From Parcubacteria group bacterium GW2011_GWA2_42_14 (lineage in GTDB: Bacteria; Patescibacteriota; Minisyncoccia; Sungbacterales; GWA2-42-14): a stretch of DNA of 64,000 bases. Below are positions 1 through 8,149 of the stretch, in pieces. Within the stretch, counting starts at the first letter, position 1. Each line of letters opens with the position of its first letter. A program made the translations under genes and the position numbers. Location of the stretch: positions 4,132 through 68,131 of the forward strand of contig LCCV01000011.1 of assembly GCA_000998135.1 (NCBI GenBank). Direction: 5' to 3'. The notes beneath the pieces were generated by a model. It saw only the letters and a list, made by a program, of their open reading frames with translations, did not search any database and was not told the DNA's origin.

Positions 1-65
1 AACGGGGTCAAATACCTTGCTTTAATTTACCGTCTTTGTTAATATTTTGTTGATGCGTAAAAACC

Positions 66-1145
66 ATGAAAGAATTTTCATTTCCAATTTTTAAAACCAA
101 AACAGAGGGGGTTTCGCAAAAGTTCATGCTTGAAGATCCTGTAGAACGTCGGAAGTATTTTGAAGCGAAAGCGGGGTCTGAAATCGAGAAGCTCCGTGAA
201 TATCTCCGAACAAACACATTCATTGGTTTTTTATTGGGGCCGAAGAATTCAGGAAAAGGAACGTATACGAAACTTTTTATGGAAGCCGTGGGTGAAGATC
301 GTGTCGCGCATATTTCCGTTGGCGATATCGTTAGGAGTGTTCATAAAAATTTAAAGGATGAATATCAAAAAAATGAGCTGATTAATTTTCTCAAGCGCCG
401 TTATCGCGGATTTATTACCATTGAGAAAGCGATTGATGTGATTCTTGGCCGTGATACAAAAACACTTCTTCCCACCGAAATAATTTTAGCTTTGGTTGAA
501 CGCGAAATTGACCGGTTAGGGAGAAAAGCAATTTTTATAGACGGGTTTCCCCGGAACCTTGATCAGGTTTCTTACGCCCTTTATTTTCGCGCTCTTATAG
601 GTTATCGCGATGACCCTGATTTTTTCGTGTTTATAGATGTTCCGGAAAATGTTATTGATGAGCGGATGAAAACGCGCGTTGTGTGTCCGGAGTGCCATAG
701 TCCTCGGAACATACGGCTTTTACGGACCAAGGAGATTGGTTTTGACTCAGAAGCCGGACAATTTTTTCTTGTGTGCGATAATCCTTCCTGCCATGGATAT
801 GGGAAAAGCCGCATGGTGCCGAAAGAAGGAGACGAGTTGGGGATTGAAGCGATTCGTGACCGTATTGAGGCGGATGTGGCAGTTGCAAAAACACTTATGA
901 ATCTTGAGGGTGTTCCAAAAGTATTTTTACGAAATTCATTACCCGTTAATGCGGCAAAAGAATATGTTGATGGGTACGAGATTACGCCTGCGTATCGGTA
1001 TGAATTGGAGGGGAGTGGCGGTATTCGCGTGATAGAGGAACCATGGACGGTGAAAGACGATGAAGGGCAAGAGGCATTTAGTTTGCTGCCGGCTCCGGTG
1101 GCGTTGGCATTGATAAAACAAACAGCCCAGGTTTTAAACCTCTAA
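66..1145 (+). CDS. Adenylate-kinase-like NMP kinase with Zn-ribbon LID and a C-terminal extension
   Basis: P-loop 'LLGPKNSGKGT'. LID-like 'RVVCPECHSPRNIR...CDNPSCHGYGKSRMVPKEGDE'. Third adk-like gene in the window. Confidence 0.4.
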   Translation: MKEFSFPIFKTKTEGVSQKFMLEDPVERRKYFEAKAGSEIEKLREYLRTNTFIGFLLGPKNSGKGTYTKLFMEAVGEDRVAHISVGDIVRSVHKNLKDEYQKNELINFLKRRYRGFITIEKAIDVILGRDTKTLLPTEIILALVEREIDRLGRKAIFIDGFPRNLDQVSYALYFRALIGYRDDPDFFVFIDVPENVIDERMKTRVVCPECHSPRNIRLLRTKEIGFDSEAGQFFLVCDNPSCHGYGKSRMVPKEGDELGIEAIRDRIEADVAVAKTLMNLEGVPKVFLRNSLPVNAAKEYVDGYEITPAYRYELEGSGGIRVIEEPWTVKDDEGQEAFSLLPAPVALALIKQTAQVLNL

Positions 1146-1149
1146 ACTT

Positions 1150-1689
1150 ATGATTCTTGGAATTGACGAAATTCATAAACTGGTTGACGAGATTAAACTG
1201 CTCGAAAATCTTTCGGAAAGAGAGTTAATCAATCCGGAGGGCGCGGGCATTGATTTGCGCCTCGGAAAATTATTACGGCTTGAAGGCGGGGGATTCTTGG
1301 GAATTGATGAGCGGGAAACCCCAAAAGGAATTTTGGTTGCCGAGTTTGACCCGGTGAAACGCTCCTCGATTATTATTAAACCGGGCGAATATTTTCTTAC
1401 CGAGTCCGTTGAAAAATTCAATATGCCTTTGAATCTTTTGGCCATTGTAAAACCGCGCACCACTCTTCATCGTTCAGGGATTATTACCCGTGTTTCCGTT
1501 GTTGACCCGGGATATTCCGGTACGATTCATCCGGCTATTTTCAACGCCGGGCCTGTTTCAGTCGAAATAGAATTAGGGGCGCGTTATGTTAATGCCATGT
1601 TTTTTGAAGTTAAGGGCAGAGCCGCTTCTTATCGCGGCCAATGGCAAGGGGGCCGAATTGATACTGGCGGACGCGAAAAACAAATATGA
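1150..1689 (+). CDS. dcd: dCTP deaminase / dUTPase-fold protein
   Basis: 'GIDLRLGKL' motif typical of the Dcd/dUTPase beta-barrel. ~180 aa. Confidence 0.5.
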   Translation: MILGIDEIHKLVDEIKLLENLSERELINPEGAGIDLRLGKLLRLEGGGFLGIDERETPKGILVAEFDPVKRSSIIIKPGEYFLTESVEKFNMPLNLLAIVKPRTTLHRSGIITRVSVVDPGYSGTIHPAIFNAGPVSVEIELGARYVNAMFFEVKGRAASYRGQWQGGRIDTGGREKQI

Positions 1690-2189
1690 CCAACGAAAAC
1701 AATTTATTGGACCCGCGGCTTCATTTTGTCGTTGCAACGGCAATTATTGTGAAATGCGATGACCTTGAAAAGAAGAGGTATTTTTTAATTATAAAAAGAG
1801 CGCCTCATGAAAAAGCTTTTCCTAACCGTTGGACTGTGCCCGGCGGAAAACTCGTGCTTCATGAATACGAACACCTTTCTAAAACAGCGGGTTATCCGCA
1901 GTGGTACGGTGTTGTGGATTGGGTTTTGAGAAAAGAAGTAAAGGAAGAAACGGGGCTGGATATAGAAAAACCGAATTATCTTTGTAACTTGGTTTTCGTC
2001 AGGCCAGACGGTTATCCGGTGGTGACATTGTCTTATTGGGCTCATTATAAAAATGGCGAAGTTGTCTTGGGTAAAGATTTTACGGATTTTTCCTGGGTTA
2101 CTCTTGAGGAAGCAAGAAAATATGATTTGATTGAGGGAATTTATAATGAATTGGCTATGGTTGAAAATATATTAAGCGGGAAAAAATAG
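1686..2189 (+). CDS. NUDIX hydrolase
   Basis: Nudix-box-like 'REVKEETGL'. Start overlaps the dcd stop (ATGA). Confidence 0.55.
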   Translation: MTNENNLLDPRLHFVVATAIIVKCDDLEKKRYFLIIKRAPHEKAFPNRWTVPGGKLVLHEYEHLSKTAGYPQWYGVVDWVLRKEVKEETGLDIEKPNYLCNLVFVRPDGYPVVTLSYWAHYKNGEVVLGKDFTDFSWVTLEEARKYDLIEGIYNELAMVENILSGKK

Positions 2190-2497
2190 GAGTAATGGAC
2201 AAATTTTGATTATCCACAGTTTGCTTTTTTAACTTTAATTATTGTTTTATAATGTAATTAGGCCCCATTATTCGGATTCAGGTTTTAGGTCAAATCGTTC
2301 ATTTTGGGATGCTTATATCGTTCGAGCCCTTGGGTTAGGACTGCGGCGACCCACCTGTCTTTTTGCTAAAATCCTTTAATCCGAACAGGGGCCTTTTTAA
2401 TTTTGTCCGCGATTCATTCCATGCTTGTCGGAGAAACGAATCTTGATTTGTGATGCCGGCAAATTTTTATGAGCGGTTTATTGCGATTTTTTAAGGT

Positions 2498-3175
2498 TTG
2501 GATTACGATTGTCGTATGCGGGAAAAACAAGAACATTTTTTTGCAAAAATGAATGGAGAAGAAGAAGCAGCCGGTCCGCTAAATGAAGTATCGGAGTTAA
2601 CAGGATTGCACGAGCGCATTTCTTTAATTATCCGCACCATAAGCGGCAAGTTGAATTTGGAGGTTACTACCGATGTTGATTTGCCTACGCTTTTGAGATA
2701 TGCCAAAGAGGGCAAGGACGCCAGAACCACGTGGTTTCGTCAGGTGATCCGCGACCCCAAAACCAGAAAGCTCATAAAAGAACGCGTTCATATACCGAAG
2801 CAAATTGTTGGAATTAATGAGAACGTCCCTAAAGGAAGGGCGGCTCATGAGGCCGGTCATGTGCTTATTACGAGGCATGCGGAATTTGTTCCTGATGAGG
2901 TATTGCAGCAATTGGGTTTTCACGCCGTGCTTCAGGCGGTTGAGGAGCGCCCGACTGACCAGGTTGTGCGGGAACGTTTTTCCGGAGCGGGGCTTTGGGT
3001 TGATGAGGCCCGCCGGGAGGGAAACCAAAGATATCGCGCCATGTCTGATGAAGAAAAAAAGCGTTTGGCTATATTCCCAAATTTATGCAGTTCGCGGATT
3101 TATGCGTTTACGCGCCCCATTATGAAGAACTGCCGCCATACGCCCCCGACGTATTGGCCGCTTATGAAAATGTGA
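2498..3175 (+). CDS. Putative Zn-metallopeptidase-like domain protein (HExxH), N-terminal part of a DUF2201-like peptidase-vWA protein
   Basis: 'AAHEAGHVLITRH' HExxH motif. Overlaps the next ORF (3085..4830) in another frame. Confidence 0.4.
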   Translation: MDYDCRMREKQEHFFAKMNGEEEAAGPLNEVSELTGLHERISLIIRTISGKLNLEVTTDVDLPTLLRYAKEGKDARTTWFRQVIRDPKTRKLIKERVHIPKQIVGINENVPKGRAAHEAGHVLITRHAEFVPDEVLQQLGFHAVLQAVEERPTDQVVRERFSGAGLWVDEARREGNQRYRAMSDEEKKRLAIFPNLCSSRIYAFTRPIMKNCRHTPPTYWPLMKM

Positions 3176-4830
3176 AGGAATACGTGGAAATGGCCGAAAA
3201 AACTCTTCCGGCTGAGGGTGCTAAGGAAAAAGACGTGGTCAGGAGCGCTAAAGAGCGGTATTCAATAACGTACGAGAAAATATGGCCGGAAATGGAAAAG
3301 CTGGTTAAAAAAGATTTGGAGCTTGAAGAGTTGAGGAAATTGCTTGAGCAGGCGTTGTCCGGCAGTGAAGGCGAAAAGGGTGATAAAAAAGAAGGCCGGG
3401 ACGCGCCTCAAGGCCAAAAAGAGGATGGAGAAACCCGGCCCGACCCGGCTAAATTGCGTGAACTTTTAAAACAACTGCCGGAAGAGTTAAAAAAGGAGCT
3501 TGAGAAAATGCGGCCTTCTCAAACCGGGGAAGAGCAGCCGGAAAAAGAAAAAACCCGGCCGGACGCGCGAAACGGGCAAGACGTGATAAATGAGGATAAA
3601 ACGGAAGAAGAAGAGGAAAACATGGAAGGAAAAGAATCCGGCGAATCGGCAAAAGGTAAAAAAGAAAAAACGGTAATTTCAGGGCAGGAAGGTGGGGAAA
3701 AACAGGAAGGAAATCCGCTTCCCCTGGACCAAATAAGCGATGAGCTGAAAAAAGAACTGCGGAAGGTTTTTGACGGTTTATCCGAAGAAGAAAAAGAATT
3801 TCTTCAGCATATGGCCCGAAAGACGCTGGAGTATATTGAGGACGAAATCGTCAGGGAATTTTCCGGAAAATTAGCGGAAGATGAGCCGGAAACGCATGTT
3901 GTATTTGAAGCGCGCCAAAAAAAAGAAGAAAAAATGAAAAAGCTGGAGGAGGCGGAAGAGCGGCTGAAACGGGAAAAGGTACTGGTTAAACACGAGCTTG
4001 AAGAAATTGAAAAAAAACAGGCAAAAATTTCCGAAAACAAGAATGGATATATGCGCGCTTATGAAGAAGTGCGGGTCCTTGATGACGCGCTTTACCGCAG
4101 GTTGGATGAGATATTTACGCCCAATATCAAGCGGAATATAAAGATGAAATCTGCCGGGCTAAAACCCAATTTGCTTAAGGTGTTTAAGTGGGAGGCGGGA
4201 ATAATGGCCGGCGCTAAAGCGCTTGACAGCAAGATTTTTGAATCATATTCCCGCCATGAGAAAAAAGATTACGTTTTTTTCATTTTAAACGATATGTCCA
4301 ACTCCATGGGGAATGGAGGAAAAATTGAGAATGATTTTAAGGCCAAAATTCTTTTATCGGAAGTTTTAAACCGGCTGGGAGTTAAATTTGCGGTTGCCGG
4401 TTTTAACGACGATTTTTTCCAGTTCAAAAATTCCGGAGAAGACCTTAACGATAAAATTCGGGAAAAAATGAACGGTATGAAGATGGTTGAAGGATATACC
4501 GATACCGGCAGGGCTCTGGTAACCGCGTCCCGGGATTTGGAAAAGGAATTTGCCAAAGAGAAATTTTTGTTGGTTCTTACCGATGGAATGCCCATGACGT
4601 TAGAAAAAGACGCGCCATCAGAAACGCACCGGGCAGTGGCGGATATCTTAAAGAAAACCAGCCAAAAATTAATCGGCATCGGGCTTGGGCCGAAAACCGA
4701 ATTTGTCAGGGAATATTTTCCCGCGTCAATAGTGGAGGAAGATGTCAGAAATCTTCCGGAAACATTGTCCGCTCTTCTTGAAGACATGATATTGAATCCG
4801 GAAAAATACGCTTATAAAAACGATAGATAG
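3085..4830 (+). CDS. vWA-domain protein with a long E/K-rich coiled-coil linker
   Basis: MIDAS-like 'FFILNDMSNSMG'. 'LVLTDGMP'. E/K-rich low complexity at ~3300-4050. Confidence 0.55.
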   Translation: MQFADLCVYAPHYEELPPYAPDVLAAYENVKEYVEMAEKTLPAEGAKEKDVVRSAKERYSITYEKIWPEMEKLVKKDLELEELRKLLEQALSGSEGEKGDKKEGRDAPQGQKEDGETRPDPAKLRELLKQLPEELKKELEKMRPSQTGEEQPEKEKTRPDARNGQDVINEDKTEEEEENMEGKESGESAKGKKEKTVISGQEGGEKQEGNPLPLDQISDELKKELRKVFDGLSEEEKEFLQHMARKTLEYIEDEIVREFSGKLAEDEPETHVVFEARQKKEEKMKKLEEAEERLKREKVLVKHELEEIEKKQAKISENKNGYMRAYEEVRVLDDALYRRLDEIFTPNIKRNIKMKSAGLKPNLLKVFKWEAGIMAGAKALDSKIFESYSRHEKKDYVFFILNDMSNSMGNGGKIENDFKAKILLSEVLNRLGVKFAVAGFNDDFFQFKNSGEDLNDKIREKMNGMKMVEGYTDTGRALVTASRDLEKEFAKEKFLLVLTDGMPMTLEKDAPSETHRAVADILKKTSQKLIGIGLGPKTEFVREYFPASIVEEDVRNLPETLSALLEDMILNPEKYAYKNDR

Positions 4831-4832
4831 TT

Positions 4833-4946
4833 GACCCCGTTAGAAATCCGGCTATACATTAATGATAAAACACGGTAAAGCGAAGCGGCTCCGCCTTACG
4901 TCTTCCGGAATAAAATTACGACTTATTTAGATTTCTAACGGGGTTG
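4833..4946. mobile_element. Family H miniature inverted-repeat element (~14-bp inverted ends CCCCGTTAGAAAT / ATTTCTAACGGGG)
   Basis: Copies at 18724-18825, 21288-21399 and 62216-62327, plus a 36-bp mini-copy at 63434-63469. Confidence 0.7.
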
Positions 4947-4978
4947 AAAATTAACGTTTTTGGTATTATGATAATATT

Positions 4979-5422
4979 ATGAAGCAGGTTTTTGATGACA
5001 AACTTAATGATTACGCGGATGGTTTTAGCGCTCTTGGCGGAAGGGCTTCTTTTCCCGTTGGCGCCATTATTGCCGATAACAAAAAAAGAAAGGGAATTAT
5101 CGCGTTTTTCAAGAAGAAAAATATTACGGTTATCAAGGCGGATAAAACGATTCATCCCGATATAATTCTCGGGAAAGTTTTTCAGTCCGTTTTAAAGAAA
5201 AAAACGGCAGTATTGGATATTTCCGAAGGCGTGTCTCCGAAAATTATCACGCATCTGGAAAACTTATCGCGGAATTTTATTGACGTGAAACTTGCTCAAG
5301 ACAAGGAGTGTACAGTTTTTCTTGATATCCCCGCCGGTTCCAAACTTCTTCTTCTTATGAATAATGACGATTATGAAAATATTTTAATGCCGGACGTTAT
5401 TTCATCGGTTTGCCGGGTTTAA
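4979..5422 (+). CDS. Hypothetical protein between the vWA and AAA genes
   Basis: ORF only; no recognisable motif. Confidence 0.25.
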   Translation: MKQVFDDKLNDYADGFSALGGRASFPVGAIIADNKKRKGIIAFFKKKNITVIKADKTIHPDIILGKVFQSVLKKKTAVLDISEGVSPKIITHLENLSRNFIDVKLAQDKECTVFLDIPAGSKLLLLMNNDDYENILMPDVISSVCRV

Positions 5423-5454
5423 TTTCGCATAAATATTACTAAATTTTCATTATT

Positions 5455-7563
5455 ATGGGCGCATTTAATTCGCCGTCATTTGGACAGGAAAATAAAAATA
5501 ATCCGGACGCTAAACAAACAAAGGCGCCTTTTAAGGTAGGGCTTATTCCGGAGGCACCCATAGCCGAAAAGAAAAAAGAAGTGAACCGGGAATTCCCCGT
5601 TCCCTTTGAATATTCTCCCGACGGAAAAAAATTGTATATTTTTGACCTAGAGCTGGAAATGCCTGTTTGTCCTCCCGAGCTTAAGCAGTTTGTTCCTCCT
5701 TTGGAAAAATTCAGCCATCTTTGTTATGACCAGCGCACCCTGGAAGTGCTTTATAAGGCCGCGGAAGCGTATAAATTAAGAGAGCCCTGCCTTTTAGAAG
5801 GAGAGCCGGCAACTTCAAAAACCACGGCAGTTGAATTGCTGGCCTCTCTTTTGGGACAGCCTTTTCGCCGCATGAATTATAACGGCCAGACCGACACCTC
5901 GGAACTTATCGGAAAATTTGTGCCTAATGACGGGGACGCGCAAATTTTGTTTGAGCAGATATTGAAAAATCCGCAATCGCTTACGGAAGAATCCAGAAAA
6001 ATTTTGCATGAAGTAAGGGACCAGAACCGGGCCCTGACGAAATTTGAATCCCAGAAAATCGCTTCCAACGAAGGGCTGAAAATTTCCGATTGGAAATGGG
6101 AAGACGGTTATCTTACGTTTTGCGCGACCAAGGGATGCATTTTGCTTAATGACGAGCTTGGTTTCGCGGAGCCGCAGATTTTAGGCCGCGGCATGAGTTC
6201 TCTTGAAAAAAATCCCAGTATTGAGGTTTCCGAAAACGGTGGACTGGTTATAAGAAAATTAACGGAGGAGGAAGAGGGCTTATGGCTGCAGGGAAAGCTT
6301 AAGGGGGTTATTCCCTTGCACCGGAATTTCCGCCAGTACGGCGCGACCAATCCCGCGGAAACTCATGCCGGACGGGTTACGTTTGAACCCGCGTATAAAG
6401 ACCGGTGGCTTGCGTATAAATTCATCCAGCCGCCAGTAAAAGAAGAGTATGCGCAGATGATGGAGCTCGCGGTATACGGAAAACAGCCGGTAGTGAAATT
6501 TTTGGGCGACAGATATCATGCCGAAGGCATGTGGCCGCTTTATCCGTCTCTTCGCGAAATCAATAATTTCAGCGGTTTTTTGGAAAAACTCGCCAAATTT
6601 CACGTAACTCTTGAGGAAATGGCGCGGAAGCGCGAAATCGGCATGTCTAAGAAAGATAAATATATTTTTACGCGAAGAACGCTTATTGAATTTCTGGATT
6701 ATCTGGAACATAAAAGGATTGTGGTTGACAGGAACAGCGGGGAGCATTATTCCGTAGAAGATATGCCCAAAGAAGTCATTTTGCGGGCGATTCAATATTA
6801 TTATCTTGATAAAATAAGCGACTCGAATGATTTGGAAAAAGTCATGGACCAGCTTGATGCCATCGGCATTTCTTCGGGCAATTGGACGCATAAGTTCGGT
6901 GAGGAAGCAACAAGAAAACCGCCTTCTGGCGCCGGTGCCGGAACGGGAGCCGGGGTAGAAAGTGGGAACGGGCCGGAAACCGTGCAGAGAAAAAAGTTTA
7001 CAGATGCAAATGGTGTTTTTGCCGAGAGAGGAGAGCGCGCGGTCTTGGAAGATTTGCGCGTGGGCGATAAAGTAATGCTCACACGATACGGCATGAACAA
7101 TGTAACTGATAAAGTTAAAGACGCAAAAAAACTTGTTATTGTTGGTTTTATGGATGATGATAGAGTTATAGTGCAGATAGGTGATAATGTTGTTGTAGCA
7201 GATCCCTTAGAAGAACATCGTAAAGTTTATGAAAAAATTAACTCAGCGGAAATCCCCGAAAATAAAAATGATAATCAAACGTTTCCTACGATAGGAGGAA
7301 ATGAAGTAAGGGTTGGGTCTGAGAAAGAAATGAAAGGTTTCGGATACGATTTTAGAGTCGGCGACCGGCTGGTTTTAAGGAATCAAAAAGGTCATTACCC
7401 CCCAGAGGTGAGAAACGCCAAAACATTGACCGTTGTCGGCTTTAGTTTAAGAAAGGGCAATGTTGTTATCCAGATTGACGGAGAAAAATGTTTGGTTGAC
7501 AGCGCGGGCGTGATAAAAGGACGTTTTGAGAACCTATCAGAAATTGGGAGATTAAATGGATGA
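5455..7563 (+). CDS. AAA_5/MoxR-like ATPase with a long C-terminal extension containing two ~50-aa repeats
   Basis: Degenerate Walker A 'GEPATSKTTAVELLA'. Walker B-like 'ILLNDELGFAEP'. Repeated 'LTRYGMNNVTD...LVIVGF..DDRVIVQIGDNVVVAD' and 'RVGDRLVLRNQ...LTVVGFSLRKGNVVIQIDGEK'. Confidence 0.5.
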   Translation: MGAFNSPSFGQENKNNPDAKQTKAPFKVGLIPEAPIAEKKKEVNREFPVPFEYSPDGKKLYIFDLELEMPVCPPELKQFVPPLEKFSHLCYDQRTLEVLYKAAEAYKLREPCLLEGEPATSKTTAVELLASLLGQPFRRMNYNGQTDTSELIGKFVPNDGDAQILFEQILKNPQSLTEESRKILHEVRDQNRALTKFESQKIASNEGLKISDWKWEDGYLTFCATKGCILLNDELGFAEPQILGRGMSSLEKNPSIEVSENGGLVIRKLTEEEEGLWLQGKLKGVIPLHRNFRQYGATNPAETHAGRVTFEPAYKDRWLAYKFIQPPVKEEYAQMMELAVYGKQPVVKFLGDRYHAEGMWPLYPSLREINNFSGFLEKLAKFHVTLEEMARKREIGMSKKDKYIFTRRTLIEFLDYLEHKRIVVDRNSGEHYSVEDMPKEVILRAIQYYYLDKISDSNDLEKVMDQLDAIGISSGNWTHKFGEEATRKPPSGAGAGTGAGVESGNGPETVQRKKFTDANGVFAERGERAVLEDLRVGDKVMLTRYGMNNVTDKVKDAKKLVIVGFMDDDRVIVQIGDNVVVADPLEEHRKVYEKINSAEIPENKNDNQTFPTIGGNEVRVGSEKEMKGFGYDFRVGDRLVLRNQKGHYPPEVRNAKTLTVVGFSLRKGNVVIQIDGEKCLVDSAGVIKGRFENLSEIGRLNG

Positions 7564-7586
7564 ATTTTTTAGGCATTTTTTAAGCG

Positions 7587-7617
7587 AAAAGCCGTCGGTT
7601 TTGTGCCGGCGGCTTTT
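7587..7617 (+). terminator. Rho-independent terminator after the AAA ATPase gene
   Basis: Hairpin AAAAGCCGTCGG-TTTTGTG-CCGGCGGCTTTT followed by a T-run. Confidence 0.45.
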
Positions 7618-7648
7618 CACTATTCGGACTCGGACTACTAGACCCAGT

Positions 7649-7719
7649 TATCCTTCCACCTTTTGAAATTCGGGCCAGGCAGAATCGGACTGCCACTACA
7701 AGACCCCCAGCCTTGTGTA
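7649..7719 (-). tRNA. tRNA-Pro (anticodon GGG)
   Basis: Hand-folded cloverleaf on the minus strand. Acceptor CGGGCCA/UGGCCCG. D-arm GUAU-AGUGGUA-GUAC. Anticodon stem CAAGG/UCUUG, loop CUGGGGG (U33, G37). T-arm GGCAG-UCCGAUU-CUGCC. Discriminator A, no encoded CCA. T-loop position 55 is C, which is atypical. Confidence 0.5.
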
Positions 7720-7855
7720 CTACCACTATACTATGGCCCGAAATTTTAGTGCGGGATGTAACTACCACTATGGCTCGAAGTTAAGTATTCCCTGAGCGAG
7801 CCCGGCGAGTCGAAGGGTTTCATTGAAAGTATGCCTTTGATAAACTCAGGCAATA

Positions 7856-8122
7856 TTATATCATTGGCTTAAATTTCTCTCCGGTTAAATTTCTGTCTTC
7901 TAATAATTTTTGAACAAAATTATAAAGTTCTTTATTGATAATAAGTTTATCTAAATCAATTTTCAGTCTAAGGAGTGCTGAATTAATTTGCCCATCGGCA
8001 AGATCTCTTAACGCAAATTGAACTGCTGTTAAAAGCATTGTGTGCTTATCCCGCTCAATAAGTTCTATGAGTTTTTTTGCAATTTCATTTTCTGTTTCGA
8101 TTTTTTCTGAAATTTTTTCCAT
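7856..8122 (-). CDS. Hypothetical small protein
   Basis: ORF only. Confidence 0.25.
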   Translation of the reverse strand: MEKISEKIETENEIAKKLIELIERDKHTMLLTAVQFALRDLADGQINSALLRLKIDLDKLIINKELYNFVQKLLEDRNLTGEKFKPMI

Positions 8123-8149
8123 TTTTGTTTTTCTTATTTCTATTTTTTA

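Noticed and set aside
8-223. 71-aa minus-strand ORF at the window start
   Set aside because: Overlaps the 5' end of the plus-strand kinase-like gene. No motif, and likely spurious.
3085-3175. Programmed ribosomal frameshift joining the peptidase and vWA ORFs
   Set aside because: No slippery heptamer or downstream structure is obvious in the overlap. A sequencing or assembly frameshift or two genuine genes are equally likely. Left as an open question in the findings.
7720-7800. Second tRNA or tmRNA upstream of tRNA-Pro
   Set aside because: Only the acceptor/D-arm half resembles a tRNA. No anticodon or T-arm could be folded and no tmRNA tag-reading frame is present. Recorded only as a partial duplicate.
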